Made by a program: the position numbers and the translations under genes. A stretch of DNA of 64,000 nt, from assembly GCA_046598855.1 (NCBI GenBank), contig JBKJHX010000068.1, forward strand, positions 2,558 through 66,557, in the 5' to 3' direction. A model generated the notes under the pieces. That model had not been told where the DNA came from and made no database searches. It saw nothing but the letters and a program-made list of their open reading frames with translations. Below, in pieces: positions 10,729-19,955 of the stretch (position 1 is the stretch's first letter; every line of letters begins with the position of its first letter). This DNA is from Marmoricola sp. Its GTDB lineage: Bacteria; Actinomycetota; Actinomycetes; Propionibacteriales; Nocardioidaceae.

Positions 10729-11517
10729 TCAGGACTCGTTGCGTTTCTTGCCGCCCTTGGCTTTCGCGGCCTTGCGCTCGGCGCGTAGGCGGCGCTCCTC
10801 TGCGTACATCGCCGCGGCCTCGTCCGGCGTCGGGGCGGAGCCGCCGTAGGACGCTGGGAGCCACCAGGAACCGGGTGGCTGCTCCTGCGCTGGGTGGGCC
10901 TTGATCAGTCGGTCGAGCATTGCCTCCATCCGGGTCTGCAGGTCGGCCGTAACGGCGTTTGCGTTGTCCTCCGGCGTCGGATGCAGGGGCGCGCCCACCT
11001 CCATCCCTACGGTCTTGTGACGACCGAAGTCACGCGGCTTTCCCTTCGTCAAGAACCGCTGGGTGCCCCAGAGCACGACGGGGATCAGTGGCACCCCGGC
11101 TTCGGCAGCGATCCGGACGGCACCAGTCTTCAGGGGCTGGAGCTCGAAGGACTGCGAGATGGTGCCCTCGGGGAAGATTCCGACGATCTCGCCCTCGTCG
11201 AGGTATCGACGGGCGGTGTCGAGTCCCTCGCGGCCGGCGCCGCGGTCGATCGCGATGTGGTGGAAGGAGCGCATCACCGGACCGCCGATGGAGTGGTCGA
11301 AGATTTCCTTCTTCGCCATGAACCTGGTCAGCCGGCCACGCTCGACGGCCGGGTACCCCGCCATGACGTAGTCGATGAACGAGAGATGGTTAACGGCCAA
11401 CAGCGCGGGCCCCGCGGTCGGGATGTTCTCGACGCCGGTCATCCGGATGTCAATAGCACCGACCTTGAACCAGGTCTTGGCCGCGGCGATTACCACCGGG
11501 TACACGAAGTCACGCAT
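10729..11517 (-). CDS. 1-acyl-sn-glycerol-3-phosphate acyltransferase (PlsC family)
   Basis: NHLSFID HX4D motif, FMAKKE, IFPEGT. Confidence 0.9.
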   Translation of the reverse strand: MRDFVYPVVIAAAKTWFKVGAIDIRMTGVENIPTAGPALLAVNHLSFIDYVMAGYPAVERGRLTRFMAKKEIFDHSIGGPVMRSFHHIAIDRGAGREGLDTARRYLDEGEIVGIFPEGTISQSFELQPLKTGAVRIAAEAGVPLIPVVLWGTQRFLTKGKPRDFGRHKTVGMEVGAPLHPTPEDNANAVTADLQTRMEAMLDRLIKAHPAQEQPPGSWWLPASYGGSAPTPDEAAAMYAEERRLRAERKAAKAKGGKKRNES

Positions 11518-11637
11518 GTGCCGTCCTCAACGCCAGGGGAATGTCGGGCAGATCGTTTCACGTCCGGCGGACCTGCGCGCCCCCGGCGGGACGATATTCA
11601 TGCACGGAGCCGGGCGACGCTCTGCGAGACTGGGGCC

Positions 11638-12855
11638 ATGCGCCGCATCGTCCAGAGCCGAAAGCTCCAGCATGTCCGTTACGACGTCCGTGGTCCGATC
11701 CTGGTCGAGGCGCAGCGCCTGGAGGCAGAGGGTCACAAGATCCTCAAGCTCAACATCGGCAACCCGGCGCCCTTCGGTTTCGAGGCGCCCGAAGCGATCG
11801 TCGCGGACATGATCCACAACCTGCCCGACGCCCAGGGATACAGCGACTCCCGTGGGATCTACTCGGCGCGGACTGCCGTCGCGCAGTACTACCAGGGCCG
11901 CGGGCTAACCGAGACCCAGGTCGAGGACGTCTTCATCGGCAACGGGGTCTCCGAGCTGATCTCGCTGGTGCTGCAGGCGTTCCTGGACGACGGCAACGAG
12001 ATCCTGATCCCGGCGCCGGACTACCCGCTCTGGACAGGTGCGGTGAGCCTGTCGGGCGGCACCCCGGTGCACTACCGGTGCGACGAGGAGAACGGCTGGA
12101 ACCCGGACCTCGAGGACATCGAGTCCAAGATCACCGGGAACACCCACGGGATCGTGATCATCAACCCCAACAACCCCACCGGAGCGGTCTACAGCGAGGA
12201 GACGGTGCGCGGCCTGATCGATATCGCCCGACGGCACCAACTCGTCGTCTTCAGCGATGAGATCTACGAAAAGATCATCTTTGACGACGCCGTGCACCGG
12301 CACAGTGCGGAGTTCGCCGCCGACGACGTGCTCTGCCTGACCTTCAGCGGTCTCTCCAAGGCCTACCGGGTCTGCGGCTACCGCGCCGGCTGGGTGATGG
12401 TCTCGGGCCCCAAGCACATGGCCGGAGACTTCCTTGAGGGCCTGACCCTGCTGGCGAACATGCGGATGTGCTCCAACGTCCCCGCGCAGCACGCGATCCA
12501 GACTGCGCTCGGTGGCTACCAGTCGGTCAACGAGTACATCGTGCCCGGCGGCCGCTTCTACGAACAGGCCAAAGCTGCGACCGCGATGCTCAACGAGATC
12601 GACGGTGTGACCTGCGTCGAGCCGAAGGGAGCGCTCTACTGCTTCCCCAAACTCGACACCGCGATGTTCGGCATCACCGACGACGAGCAGTTCGTGATCG
12701 AGCTGCTCCGGGCCAAGAAGATCCTGATCACCCACGGCACCGGGTTCAACTGGTTCGAGCCCGACCACTTCCGGTTGGTGACGCTGCCCGACATGGACAC
12801 CTTGACCGAGGGGATCGGCCGGATCGCCGACTTCCTGGGCACGCTGCGCCGCTGA
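11638..12855 (+). CDS. alaA: PLP-dependent class I aminotransferase, AlaA/AlaT-like
   Basis: KLNIGNPAPFGF, INPNNPTGAVY, SDEIYEK, GLSKAYRVCGYRAGW. Confidence 0.88.
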   Translation: MRRIVQSRKLQHVRYDVRGPILVEAQRLEAEGHKILKLNIGNPAPFGFEAPEAIVADMIHNLPDAQGYSDSRGIYSARTAVAQYYQGRGLTETQVEDVFIGNGVSELISLVLQAFLDDGNEILIPAPDYPLWTGAVSLSGGTPVHYRCDEENGWNPDLEDIESKITGNTHGIVIINPNNPTGAVYSEETVRGLIDIARRHQLVVFSDEIYEKIIFDDAVHRHSAEFAADDVLCLTFSGLSKAYRVCGYRAGWVMVSGPKHMAGDFLEGLTLLANMRMCSNVPAQHAIQTALGGYQSVNEYIVPGGRFYEQAKAATAMLNEIDGVTCVEPKGALYCFPKLDTAMFGITDDEQFVIELLRAKKILITHGTGFNWFEPDHFRLVTLPDMDTLTEGIGRIADFLGTLRR

Positions 12856-12931
12856 CCGGCCGCTGACCGGCCGCTGACGGCTCCTGAGTGGGTCGATGAC
12901 AGAAGGGCCGACACCGACCTACGCTGGAACC

Positions 12932-13606
12932 ATGCGCAAAGTCGACCGGCTGACGCTCGACAACCTGGCACGGCTGCCGGGTCATTGCGCATCGTGCACG
13001 TTCTGGGAGTTCGACCCCGTACGGCGCAACCAGATCCGTGGGCACGAGGCCGAGGAGAAGGCAGCCTGGGTCTCCTCCATGCTCCGTGAGTGGGGTTCTG
13101 TCGGCCGCGTCCTGGAGATCGACGGCGAGCCCGCTGGGCACGTCATCTGGGCGCCAGCGCTATACCTGCCTGGGAGCGACGGCTTCGCGACCGCACCGGT
13201 GAGCACCGACGCCGTACTCCTCGGCAGCATGTACGTCGATCCGCAGCACCGCGATCAAGGACTCGGGCGGGTCCTGGTGCAGTCGATGGCCAAGGACGTC
13301 ATCCAGCACGGCGGCGTCGGTGCCGTGGAGACGTTCGGGGCGCTCCGTCCGCACCGGGACGTCTGCGTGCTGCCGGTGGACTTCTTGCTCGCGGTCGGGT
13401 TCCGGACCCATCGGACGCATCCCCAGTACCCGCGGATGCGGATGGATCTGCGGACCACCGTGCGGTGGAAGGAGGAGTTCGAAGCAGCAGCTGAGCGGAT
13501 CCTGGGCGTCGTGAAACGCCCCGTGCGTCAGCCTGCGCCAGGCCCGGCTCCCCGGGAGGACCTCAGCGGGTCCCGCCGGCGCCCAACGCCGAGCGGAGCT
13601 CACTGA
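12932..13606 (+). CDS. GNAT-family acetyltransferase (Rv3916c-like)
   Basis: CASCTFWE N-terminus, HRDQGLGRVL acetyl-CoA motif, YPRMRMDL; conserved position next to cwlM. Confidence 0.8.
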   Translation: MRKVDRLTLDNLARLPGHCASCTFWEFDPVRRNQIRGHEAEEKAAWVSSMLREWGSVGRVLEIDGEPAGHVIWAPALYLPGSDGFATAPVSTDAVLLGSMYVDPQHRDQGLGRVLVQSMAKDVIQHGGVGAVETFGALRPHRDVCVLPVDFLLAVGFRTHRTHPQYPRMRMDLRTTVRWKEEFEAAAERILGVVKRPVRQPAPGPAPREDLSGSRRRPTPSGAH

Positions 13607-14732
13607 GCCGCAGGACCCCGGTGTGCGCGTCGGTTTCCGGGCTCAGGTAGAACCGCTGCACCGCCACGACCACCGCCTCGGCCAGGACGTCACGGAAACC
13701 GGCCTCGGCCAACCGGCGCGCATCGCCCTGGTGGGAGAGGTAGCCGGCGTCGAGCTGGACCGCGGGCATCCGGGTCAGCCGGAGGAACTCCCAGGCCTTG
13801 GCGTGGCAGCGCAGGTCGACCAGATCGGTACGGGCGACGATCTCGCGCTGCACCAGGCTCGCGAACCGCTCCCCGGCCGAGGACCGGGTGTTGTGCTCCT
13901 CGGATCCGAAGAAGTACGACGCCACTCCGCAGGCGTCCGGGTTGGCTGAGGCGTCGACCGCGAGCGAGATGCACAGATGCGCGTTGGCGGTATTGGCGAA
14001 GGTCGCACGCTCAACGTCCTCGACGTGGTGGACCGCATCGGCGGCGCGGTGCCGACCGGTCCGGGAGGCAGTCAGGTACGCCTGGACGCCGGTGGCCACC
14101 AAGCGACCCTCGATCCGGGAAGCCAGGTCGTGGACGATCTCGGCGGCTTGCTCGGCATACTCGGGTGGGAGGTGGTGCCCCGGTGACGGGTCGATCACCA
14201 CGATCTTGCCGCCGAGCTGCGGACCGGCGTCCCGGATCCGTTCCCGGGCTCGCATCGCGTTCGGCGCACCGCCGCTGACCATCGGCGCCAGCTGGGCCAA
14301 CATCTTCAACGTGAACGGACCACAGGTGCCGTCCGCCGGGATGCCGACGTTGCGTTGGAAATCACGGAGGCCGGCCTCGGTCTCCGAACCGAAGTAGCCG
14401 TCCACCCGGCCGACCCTGAAGCCGAGCTCGAGGAGCCGACGCTGGAGGGCGAAGACGTCGTCGCCCGCGATCAGGTTGCCCGGCAGGTGCGTCAGGATCC
14501 GGTCACCGAGGGTCCAGCGGGCCTCGTCGAGCCGGCGGAAGGTGGCCACGCCGACGACGCCGTCGACATGGAGGCCGCGTTGCTGCTGGAACGCGCGGAC
14601 TGCCAGTTCCACGCGGTCGTCGTACGACGTTGGCAGGGACTCCTGGCGCTCGAGGAGCCCAACCTGGGCGAGGAGCCCGACGATCTGGGTAACGGCAGGC
14701 CCTACATCGCCGTTCCGGAAGATCGTGTTCAC
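13563..14732 (-). CDS. cwlM: CwlM-like protein: two PG-binding domains plus degenerate Amidase_3
   Basis: AVRAFQQQRGLHVDGVVG and DFQRNVGIPADGTCG PG-binding repeats; amidase region ERATFAN, LRLTRMPAV; next to trxA. Start estimated. Confidence 0.88.
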   Translation of the reverse strand: MNTIFRNGDVGPAVTQIVGLLAQVGLLERQESLPTSYDDRVELAVRAFQQQRGLHVDGVVGVATFRRLDEARWTLGDRILTHLPGNLIAGDDVFALQRRLLELGFRVGRVDGYFGSETEAGLRDFQRNVGIPADGTCGPFTLKMLAQLAPMVSGGAPNAMRARERIRDAGPQLGGKIVVIDPSPGHHLPPEYAEQAAEIVHDLASRIEGRLVATGVQAYLTASRTGRHRAADAVHHVEDVERATFANTANAHLCISLAVDASANPDACGVASYFFGSEEHNTRSSAGERFASLVQREIVARTDLVDLRCHAKAWEFLRLTRMPAVQLDAGYLSHQGDARRLAEAGFRDVLAEAVVVAVQRFYLSPETDAHTGVLRLSELRSALGAGGTR

Positions 14733-14810
14733 GCTGGTCCCCGTTCTCGTGCGCGGTGCGACGAGCCTGTCCGAGTGATCGTCGCTGGTCAACTGAAGGC
14801 AGTGTCAACC

Positions 14811-14870
14811 TAAAAGGCCGCGCGCCCGGACACCAGCGAGCCGGGCTCGCAGGGTCCGGACGCGCGGAGC
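14811..14870 (-). terminator. Probable intrinsic terminator after trxA
   Basis: Long GC hairpin (CCGGAC..GCGAGCC/GGCTCGC..GTCCGG) followed on the minus strand by CTTTTAG. Confidence 0.55.
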
Positions 14871-14882
14871 GTCCTGAATCGT

Positions 14883-15209
14883 TCAGCCGATGATGTCGGC
14901 GAGCTCGCGCAGCAGCGCGGCCTTGGGCTTGGCGCCCACGATCTGCTTCACGACCTCGCCGCCCACGTAGACGTTCAGGGTCGGGATCCCGGTGACCCGG
15001 TACGCCGCCGGGGTGACCGGGTTCTCGTCGACGTTCATCTTCACCAGGCGCAGCTTGTCGCTGTGCTCCTTGGCGATCTCGTCGAGGATCGGAGCGACCT
15101 GTCGGCACGGGCCACACCACTCGGCCCAGAAGTCGACCAGGACGGGGGTCTCGGACTTGAGGACCTCGGTCTCGAAGTCGGCGTCGGTGACGGCCTGAAG
15201 ATCGGCCAT
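14883..15209 (-). CDS. trxA: Thioredoxin
   Basis: VDFWAEWCGPC active site. Confidence 0.97.
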   Translation of the reverse strand: MADLQAVTDADFETEVLKSETPVLVDFWAEWCGPCRQVAPILDEIAKEHSDKLRLVKMNVDENPVTPAAYRVTGIPTLNVYVGGEVVKQIVGAKPKAALLRELADIIG

Positions 15210-15252
15210 GGTTGCTCCTTGGTTGGCTGTCGGTTGGGGCTTGCAGTGATTG

Positions 15253-15278
15253 AACAACGGGCCGGGGACAAATCTTCC
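15253..15278 (-). promoter_or_regulatory. Putative SigR/SigH-type promoter of trxA
   Basis: Minus strand GGAAG-N18-GTT. Confidence 0.55.
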
Positions 15279-15346
15279 GGACCGCAGACATTGATTGTCG
15301 GTCCTCCTGGTGCGGGCATCGAGGAGCAGTGTCCTCACCGGAGGTT

Positions 15347-16306
15347 TCAGACCGCGACCATCGCCGCGTGGTCGAGGTCGGCCAGGTACCGCTCGGCGTC
15401 CAGTGCGGCTGCGCAGCCGCTACCGGCCGCGGTGATGGCCTGGCGATAGGTGTGGTCGACCAGGTCGCCGCAGGCGAACACGCCGGCCTGGTTGGTCCTG
15501 GTGCTCCGGCCCTCGGCGAGCACATAGCCCTCGTCGTCCAGGTCGACCTGGCCGGGTAGCAGCTCCGAGCGCGGGTCGTGGCCGATGGCGATGAACAGGC
15601 CGGTGGCATCCAGCTCGCGTGTCTCTCCGGTGGCGGTGTCCTTCAAGGTCACCCCGGTGAGCTTGTCGTCGCCGTGGATGGCCTCGACGGCCGAGTTCCA
15701 GGCGATCTCGATCTTCGGGTCGGCCAGAGCCCGCTCGGCCATGATCTTCGAGGCGCGGAGCTCGTCGCGACGGACGATCAAGGTGACCTTGGAGCCGAAC
15801 CGGGAGAGGAAGGTGGCCTCCTCGACGGCGGAGTCGCCGCCGCCGACGACGGCGATGTGCTGGTCGCGGAAGAAGAACCCGTCGCAGGTCGCGCACCAGC
15901 TCACGCCGTGCCCGGCGAGACGGTCCTCATCCGGGTTGCCCAGCTTCTTGTAGCCCGAGCCCATCGCCAGGATCACGGCGCGGGCGGTAAAGGTGCCCTC
16001 CTCGGTCCTCACGACCTTGAGGTCACCGGTCAGGTCTACCGCGATGACGTCGTCGGTGACCAGCTCAGCGCCGAAACGCTCCGCCTGAGCGCGCATCTCG
16101 TCCATCAAGGCCGGACCCTGGATGCCGTCGCGGAAGCCCGGGAAGTTCTCCACCTCGGTGGTGTTCATCAGCGCGCCGCCGGCGGTGACCGCGCCCTCGA
16201 AGACCAGCGGCTCGAGGTTGGCTCGGGCGGCGTAGACGGCGGCCGTGTAACCGGCCGGGCCGGAGCCGATGATGATGACGTTGCGGGTCTCGCCTGCGTT
16301 CGACAT
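15347..16306 (-). CDS. trxB: Thioredoxin-disulfide reductase
   Basis: [28 protein letters not shown]. Confidence 0.98.
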   Translation of the reverse strand: MSNAGETRNVIIIGSGPAGYTAAVYAARANLEPLVFEGAVTAGGALMNTTEVENFPGFRDGIQGPALMDEMRAQAERFGAELVTDDVIAVDLTGDLKVVRTEEGTFTARAVILAMGSGYKKLGNPDEDRLAGHGVSWCATCDGFFFRDQHIAVVGGGDSAVEEATFLSRFGSKVTLIVRRDELRASKIMAERALADPKIEIAWNSAVEAIHGDDKLTGVTLKDTATGETRELDATGLFIAIGHDPRSELLPGQVDLDDEGYVLAEGRSTRTNQAGVFACGDLVDHTYRQAITAAGSGCAAALDAERYLADLDHAAMVAV

Positions 16307-16342
16307 GGAGGTCTGCCTGATCTGTAGTGGGGCTGGTGCCAG

Positions 16343-16368
16343 AACAGATCCTAGGCATGCCGCATTCC
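16343..16368 (-). promoter_or_regulatory. SigR/SigH-type promoter of trxB
   Basis: Minus strand exact GGAAT-N18-GTT consensus, 36 bp upstream of the ATG. Confidence 0.75.
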
Positions 16369-16386
16369 CCGGCGGGAGGGCCGTGC

Positions 16387-17292
16387 TCAGCGCGGGACGA
16401 TGCTCAGGGCGAGCAGGGTCAGGCCGTCGCAGGACCAGGCCTCGTAGAGCTGCGTCTCGGCCTGCTCCGGGTGCACTGCCAGCGAGGCAGGCTGGCCGTC
16501 GTACAGGATCGGGACGAGGGTGGCGTCGATGCCGACCGGTCCGGGGCAGGCAGCCTGGGCGGCGAAGTACTGGTTGCCTCGCTGGAGTCGAGCAAAGGCA
16601 GAGCGCTTCGCGGCCAAGGCCTTGTCGGTGGCGGTCAAGCCCGGGGACGGCGAGGCGTTCTCGCTCGGGTCGGGGCCGCTGTCCCCACTTCCAGCACCGA
16701 GGCTGTTGTCCTCCTCCGTCGGGAGACGCCCCTCCCAGGGCAGGTCCAGGTCGCGGGTGCTGAATGCGGCGACTTCGGAGGTGAACCCCGCGGTGGTGAA
16801 CCGCGGGACTGCTTTGTTGCTGGCAAACCCCTTCAAGGTGGAGAGGCCACCGCTGGCCTCGTCCCGGGTCGCCTCCGGGGCCGGTGCCTCGGGCGACGGC
16901 GGGCCGATGTTCTCGGATCCGGAGGCAGTGGCCGAGTCGGCGGTGGCCGTTGTCGCCTGGTCGGATCCCTGGTTCCCGAGCACCTGGGCGAGCCCGATCC
17001 CGCCGGCTCCGACGACCACGACTGCGGCAGCTGCCGCGAGCAGGCGCGGGGCCAGCCGGGAACGGCGCCGGAGCGGCACCACCACGGGAGGATTCTCGGG
17101 GTGGGCGTCGGGGTGGGCGTCGACCGCCTCACCGCGGCGGTCAGCGGTCAGGGACGCCAGGGTCGCGTCGAGGCGGGCAGCGACGTCGGCGGGGACTGGG
17201 TCGGTGACCTTCGCGGAGGCGAGCAGGCCACGGACGCCGTCGTGCGCGGGGTCGTCGAACTGCGGCTCGTCCGGCCGGTCCTGGTCGGTCAC
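16387..17292 (-). CDS. Putative anti-sigma factor for SigM (single TM)
   Basis: [14 protein letters not shown] motif, TM helix, overlaps the sigM stop. Confidence 0.75.
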   Translation of the reverse strand: MTDQDRPDEPQFDDPAHDGVRGLLASAKVTDPVPADVAARLDATLASLTADRRGEAVDAHPDAHPENPPVVVPLRRRSRLAPRLLAAAAAVVVVGAGGIGLAQVLGNQGSDQATTATADSATASGSENIGPPSPEAPAPEATRDEASGGLSTLKGFASNKAVPRFTTAGFTSEVAAFSTRDLDLPWEGRLPTEEDNSLGAGSGDSGPDPSENASPSPGLTATDKALAAKRSAFARLQRGNQYFAAQAACPGPVGIDATLVPILYDGQPASLAVHPEQAETQLYEAWSCDGLTLLALSIVPR

Positions 17293-17951
17293 CGTGCGTC
17301 TCCTCCCGTGCTCGCTGCGTTGTCCTTGCGCTCTACTCCCAGATCAGACGCCGCGGACGCCTCGGTGGTTCCGGTGACGCCCGTCTCGTCGAGCAACACT
17401 GCCAGCCGTTGTCGCCCGCGGGCGCACCGGCTCTTCACCGTCCCGGGGGGACAGCCCAGGATCTGCGCAGCCTCCCCGACCGGGTACCCCTCCATGTCGA
17501 CCAGAACCAATGCCGCCCGCTGGTCGCCCGGCAACGCGGCGAGGGCCTGGTGGACGACGTTGCGCTGGTCCGCACGAATCGCGGCGGTCTCGGGGTCGTG
17601 CGCCGGGTCGGCCGACCCGAGCACGGCGCCGCGGCCGGCGTACTCGTCGAGGTCGTCTGGGAGCGGCTGCGCGGCCCGGACCTTATTGCGCCGGAGCCGG
17701 TCGAGGCTGGAATTCACCACGATCCGGTGCAGCCAGGTCGTCACCTGGGCGTCACCTCGGAAGTCGCCGGCGCGCTTGAACGCCGAGATCAGCGCTTCCT
17801 GCAGGGCGTCAGCCGCGTCCTCCGGGTTGCCGGTGGTGCGCAGCGCCACGGCCCAGAGCCGGTCCCGGTGGCGGGTGAACAGCACTCCGAAGGCATCCGG
17901 GTCGCCCTCGCCGTGGGCAAGGAGAAGTTCGTGGTCGGAGAACTCGCTCAC
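17289..17951 (-). CDS. sigM: ECF RNA polymerase sigma factor SigM
   Basis: RHRDRLWAVALR, DAADALQEA, TWLHRIVVN, GTVKSRCARGR; synteny. Confidence 0.92.
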   Translation of the reverse strand: MSEFSDHELLLAHGEGDPDAFGVLFTRHRDRLWAVALRTTGNPEDAADALQEALISAFKRAGDFRGDAQVTTWLHRIVVNSSLDRLRRNKVRAAQPLPDDLDEYAGRGAVLGSADPAHDPETAAIRADQRNVVHQALAALPGDQRAALVLVDMEGYPVGEAAQILGCPPGTVKSRCARGRQRLAVLLDETGVTGTTEASAASDLGVERKDNAASTGGDAR

Positions 17952-19891
17952 GACCGGACCGTGATCTCGGCGATCTGACCCTGGAAGCCGCCCTCGACTG
18001 CGGGCAGCTTGGTCAGCCAGACGATGACGTACCGGGCGCGGGTGCCTGGATCCGTCCGGTAGAGCGCGGTGGTGCTGTCCGCAGTCAGCCCGCCCAGCCG
18101 GCGGGCATCAGCCAGCTCGACCGGGGGCTCGTCGACCCCCGGCGCGGACGCGAAGAACTCCAGCTCGGTCGGGGACCCGATCAGCTGGACCTCGATGGAG
18201 CCGACCTCCTGCTGGCTCCCCAGGTCCAGGACCAGACCGACGCCGCTCTTGATGCCGCCCAGCTGTGCCTGCCGGTAGTTGCTGGTGCGCCACGCCGTGC
18301 TGGCCTTGTCGTCGGTCGCCAGCGGGACGAGCTCTGGGTTCTCCGCCGGTGGGTCGCCCTCGGGGTCGAAATCGCCGACAGCGGCAATGGTGATCGGGGC
18401 GCCGGTGGCCGGTGCGGGGGTAGTAGCACTGGGGCTCGGGGTCGACCGCGGCGCCGGGGGGTCAGCGGTGCCGTTGGTGCTGTCCTGTCCGCGGTAGACG
18501 GCGTACGCCCCGGCTGCCAGGGCCACGGCCAGGAGCAGGACGACCAGCACCCGCAACCAGGTCCGGCTCGGCCGCTCGTCCTCGACGTACCGGGCGGGGG
18601 GCTCGTACTCCTCGAACGGCCAGACGCCGGAGCCTTGGTCGCCGGTCCCGGTGACTACCGGTGCGCCCGGCGGTACCCGGCGTTCCTGGTCGGCGAACAG
18701 CGGCCGGGAGACCGGCGCCTCGAACGGCGGCGGTGGCGCGGCCGGCTCCCACTCCTCCGGCTCGATCAGCTCGATGCCCGACGGCGCGAACGGCGCGGGT
18801 GCCGCCATCGTCGCCTCTGGGTCGACGGTCGGCTGCGGCGCGGTCTCGGAGAGGGGTGCCGGCTGGGGTTCGGCTGCTGGTGCCACCAGGGGCGGTTCGG
18901 TCACGGACCAAGGGACGTCTGCCGGTTCTGCCGGGACCGACGCCGGCGGGACCGACGCCGGGACCGGTGATTCGGCGACCGGGGACTCGGCGACCGGGGT
19001 CTCGGCGACCGGGGTCTCGGCGACCGGGGCCTCCGGGTCGTCGTGCATGCTCGGCACGTCGACCGGCGCGGCCGCTGCCGGGTCGCCGACGTAGTCGCTC
19101 AAGGCGGCGGCGATGTCGTGCGCGGTCTCGACCGGCAGGGCGTGCTGGGACGCCTCCTTGTGCAGCACCCGGTCGCAGATCGCGTCCAGGGTCCGGGGGA
19201 CTCCGGCGCGGACCTGGCGCGGACGCAGCGGACGGAGTCCGTCGCGGGGCGCTGGTGCCAGCGCGGACGGCGCGACGCCGGGCCAGCGGACGGTGAGGGC
19301 GGCGTACAGGATCCCGGCGAGGTCGATGACGTCCGCCTCGCGGTCGCTGAGCACGCCGTACGACGTCGATCCGGTGGTCCCCGCAGTCAGGCGTGCCGTC
19401 CGCTCGAAGGCGGCGTTGACGATGAAGCCGATGATCTTCACCGCGCCGGAGTCGGTCACCAGGACCGCCTCGGGGTTGAGCCGCCCGTGATGGAGTCCTT
19501 GGGAGTGTGCGGCGGCGATCGCCTCGGCGACCTCACGGGTCAGCCAGGCCGCGCGCATCGGCGGCAGCGGTCCCTGGGCGAGCATCACGTCGAGCGAGGT
19601 GCCCTCCCCCCACTCGTTGATCACCCAGGTGATCCCGTCGAGGTCCTCGCAGTCGAGGACCCGCAGGAAGTGCGGGTCGGTGACCCGGGCCGACGCCCGG
19701 GCGGCGTCGAGGACGGCATCCGCGCGCGGATCCGCGGAGGCCACCACGTGCACGGCGACGCTGCGAGCCAGCACGGTATCGGTGGCGCGCCAGAACCGCG
19801 CGCCACCGTGCTCGGAGAGGAGAACCTCCAGACGATAACGCCCGTCGAGCATCGACCCCGGGCTCATCGCGATCGGGGGCTGGTCGCTCAT
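17948..19891 (-). CDS. Ser/Thr kinase-like (pseudokinase) membrane protein with Pro-rich linker and extracellular domain
   Basis: GRYRL..WRATDTVLARSVAVH kinase N-lobe without catalytic motifs, TM segment, C-terminal KSGVGLVLDLG domain. Confidence 0.85.
   Translation of the reverse strand: MSDQPPIAMSPGSMLDGRYRLEVLLSEHGGARFWRATDTVLARSVAVHVVASADPRADAVLDAARASARVTDPHFLRVLDCEDLDGITWVINEWGEGTSLDVMLAQGPLPPMRAAWLTREVAEAIAAAHSQGLHHGRLNPEAVLVTDSGAVKIIGFIVNAAFERTARLTAGTTGSTSYGVLSDREADVIDLAGILYAALTVRWPGVAPSALAPAPRDGLRPLRPRQVRAGVPRTLDAICDRVLHKEASQHALPVETAHDIAAALSDYVGDPAAAAPVDVPSMHDDPEAPVAETPVAETPVAESPVAESPVPASVPPASVPAEPADVPWSVTEPPLVAPAAEPQPAPLSETAPQPTVDPEATMAAPAPFAPSGIELIEPEEWEPAAPPPPFEAPVSRPLFADQERRVPPGAPVVTGTGDQGSGVWPFEEYEPPARYVEDERPSRTWLRVLVVLLLAVALAAGAYAVYRGQDSTNGTADPPAPRSTPSPSATTPAPATGAPITIAAVGDFDPEGDPPAENPELVPLATDDKASTAWRTSNYRQAQLGGIKSGVGLVLDLGSQQEVGSIEVQLIGSPTELEFFASAPGVDEPPVELADARRLGGLTADSTTALYRTDPGTRARYVIVWLTKLPAVEGGFQGQIAEITVRS
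18930..19030 (-). repeat. In-frame 15-bp tandem repeats (PVAET/PVAES x4, PASVP x2)
   Basis: CGGCGACCGGGG(T/A)CT-like units in the pseudokinase linker. Confidence 0.85.
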
Positions 19892-19955
19892 TTGCTCAGG
19901 CCCTCCTCGACCACGGTCGGTCCCGGTCCCCGACTGGCCCATCGTAAAGGTGTGC

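Noticed and set aside
11555-11563. GTTTCACGT, possible third parS
   Set aside because: Only a half-site; the right arm is CCGGC instead of GAAAC
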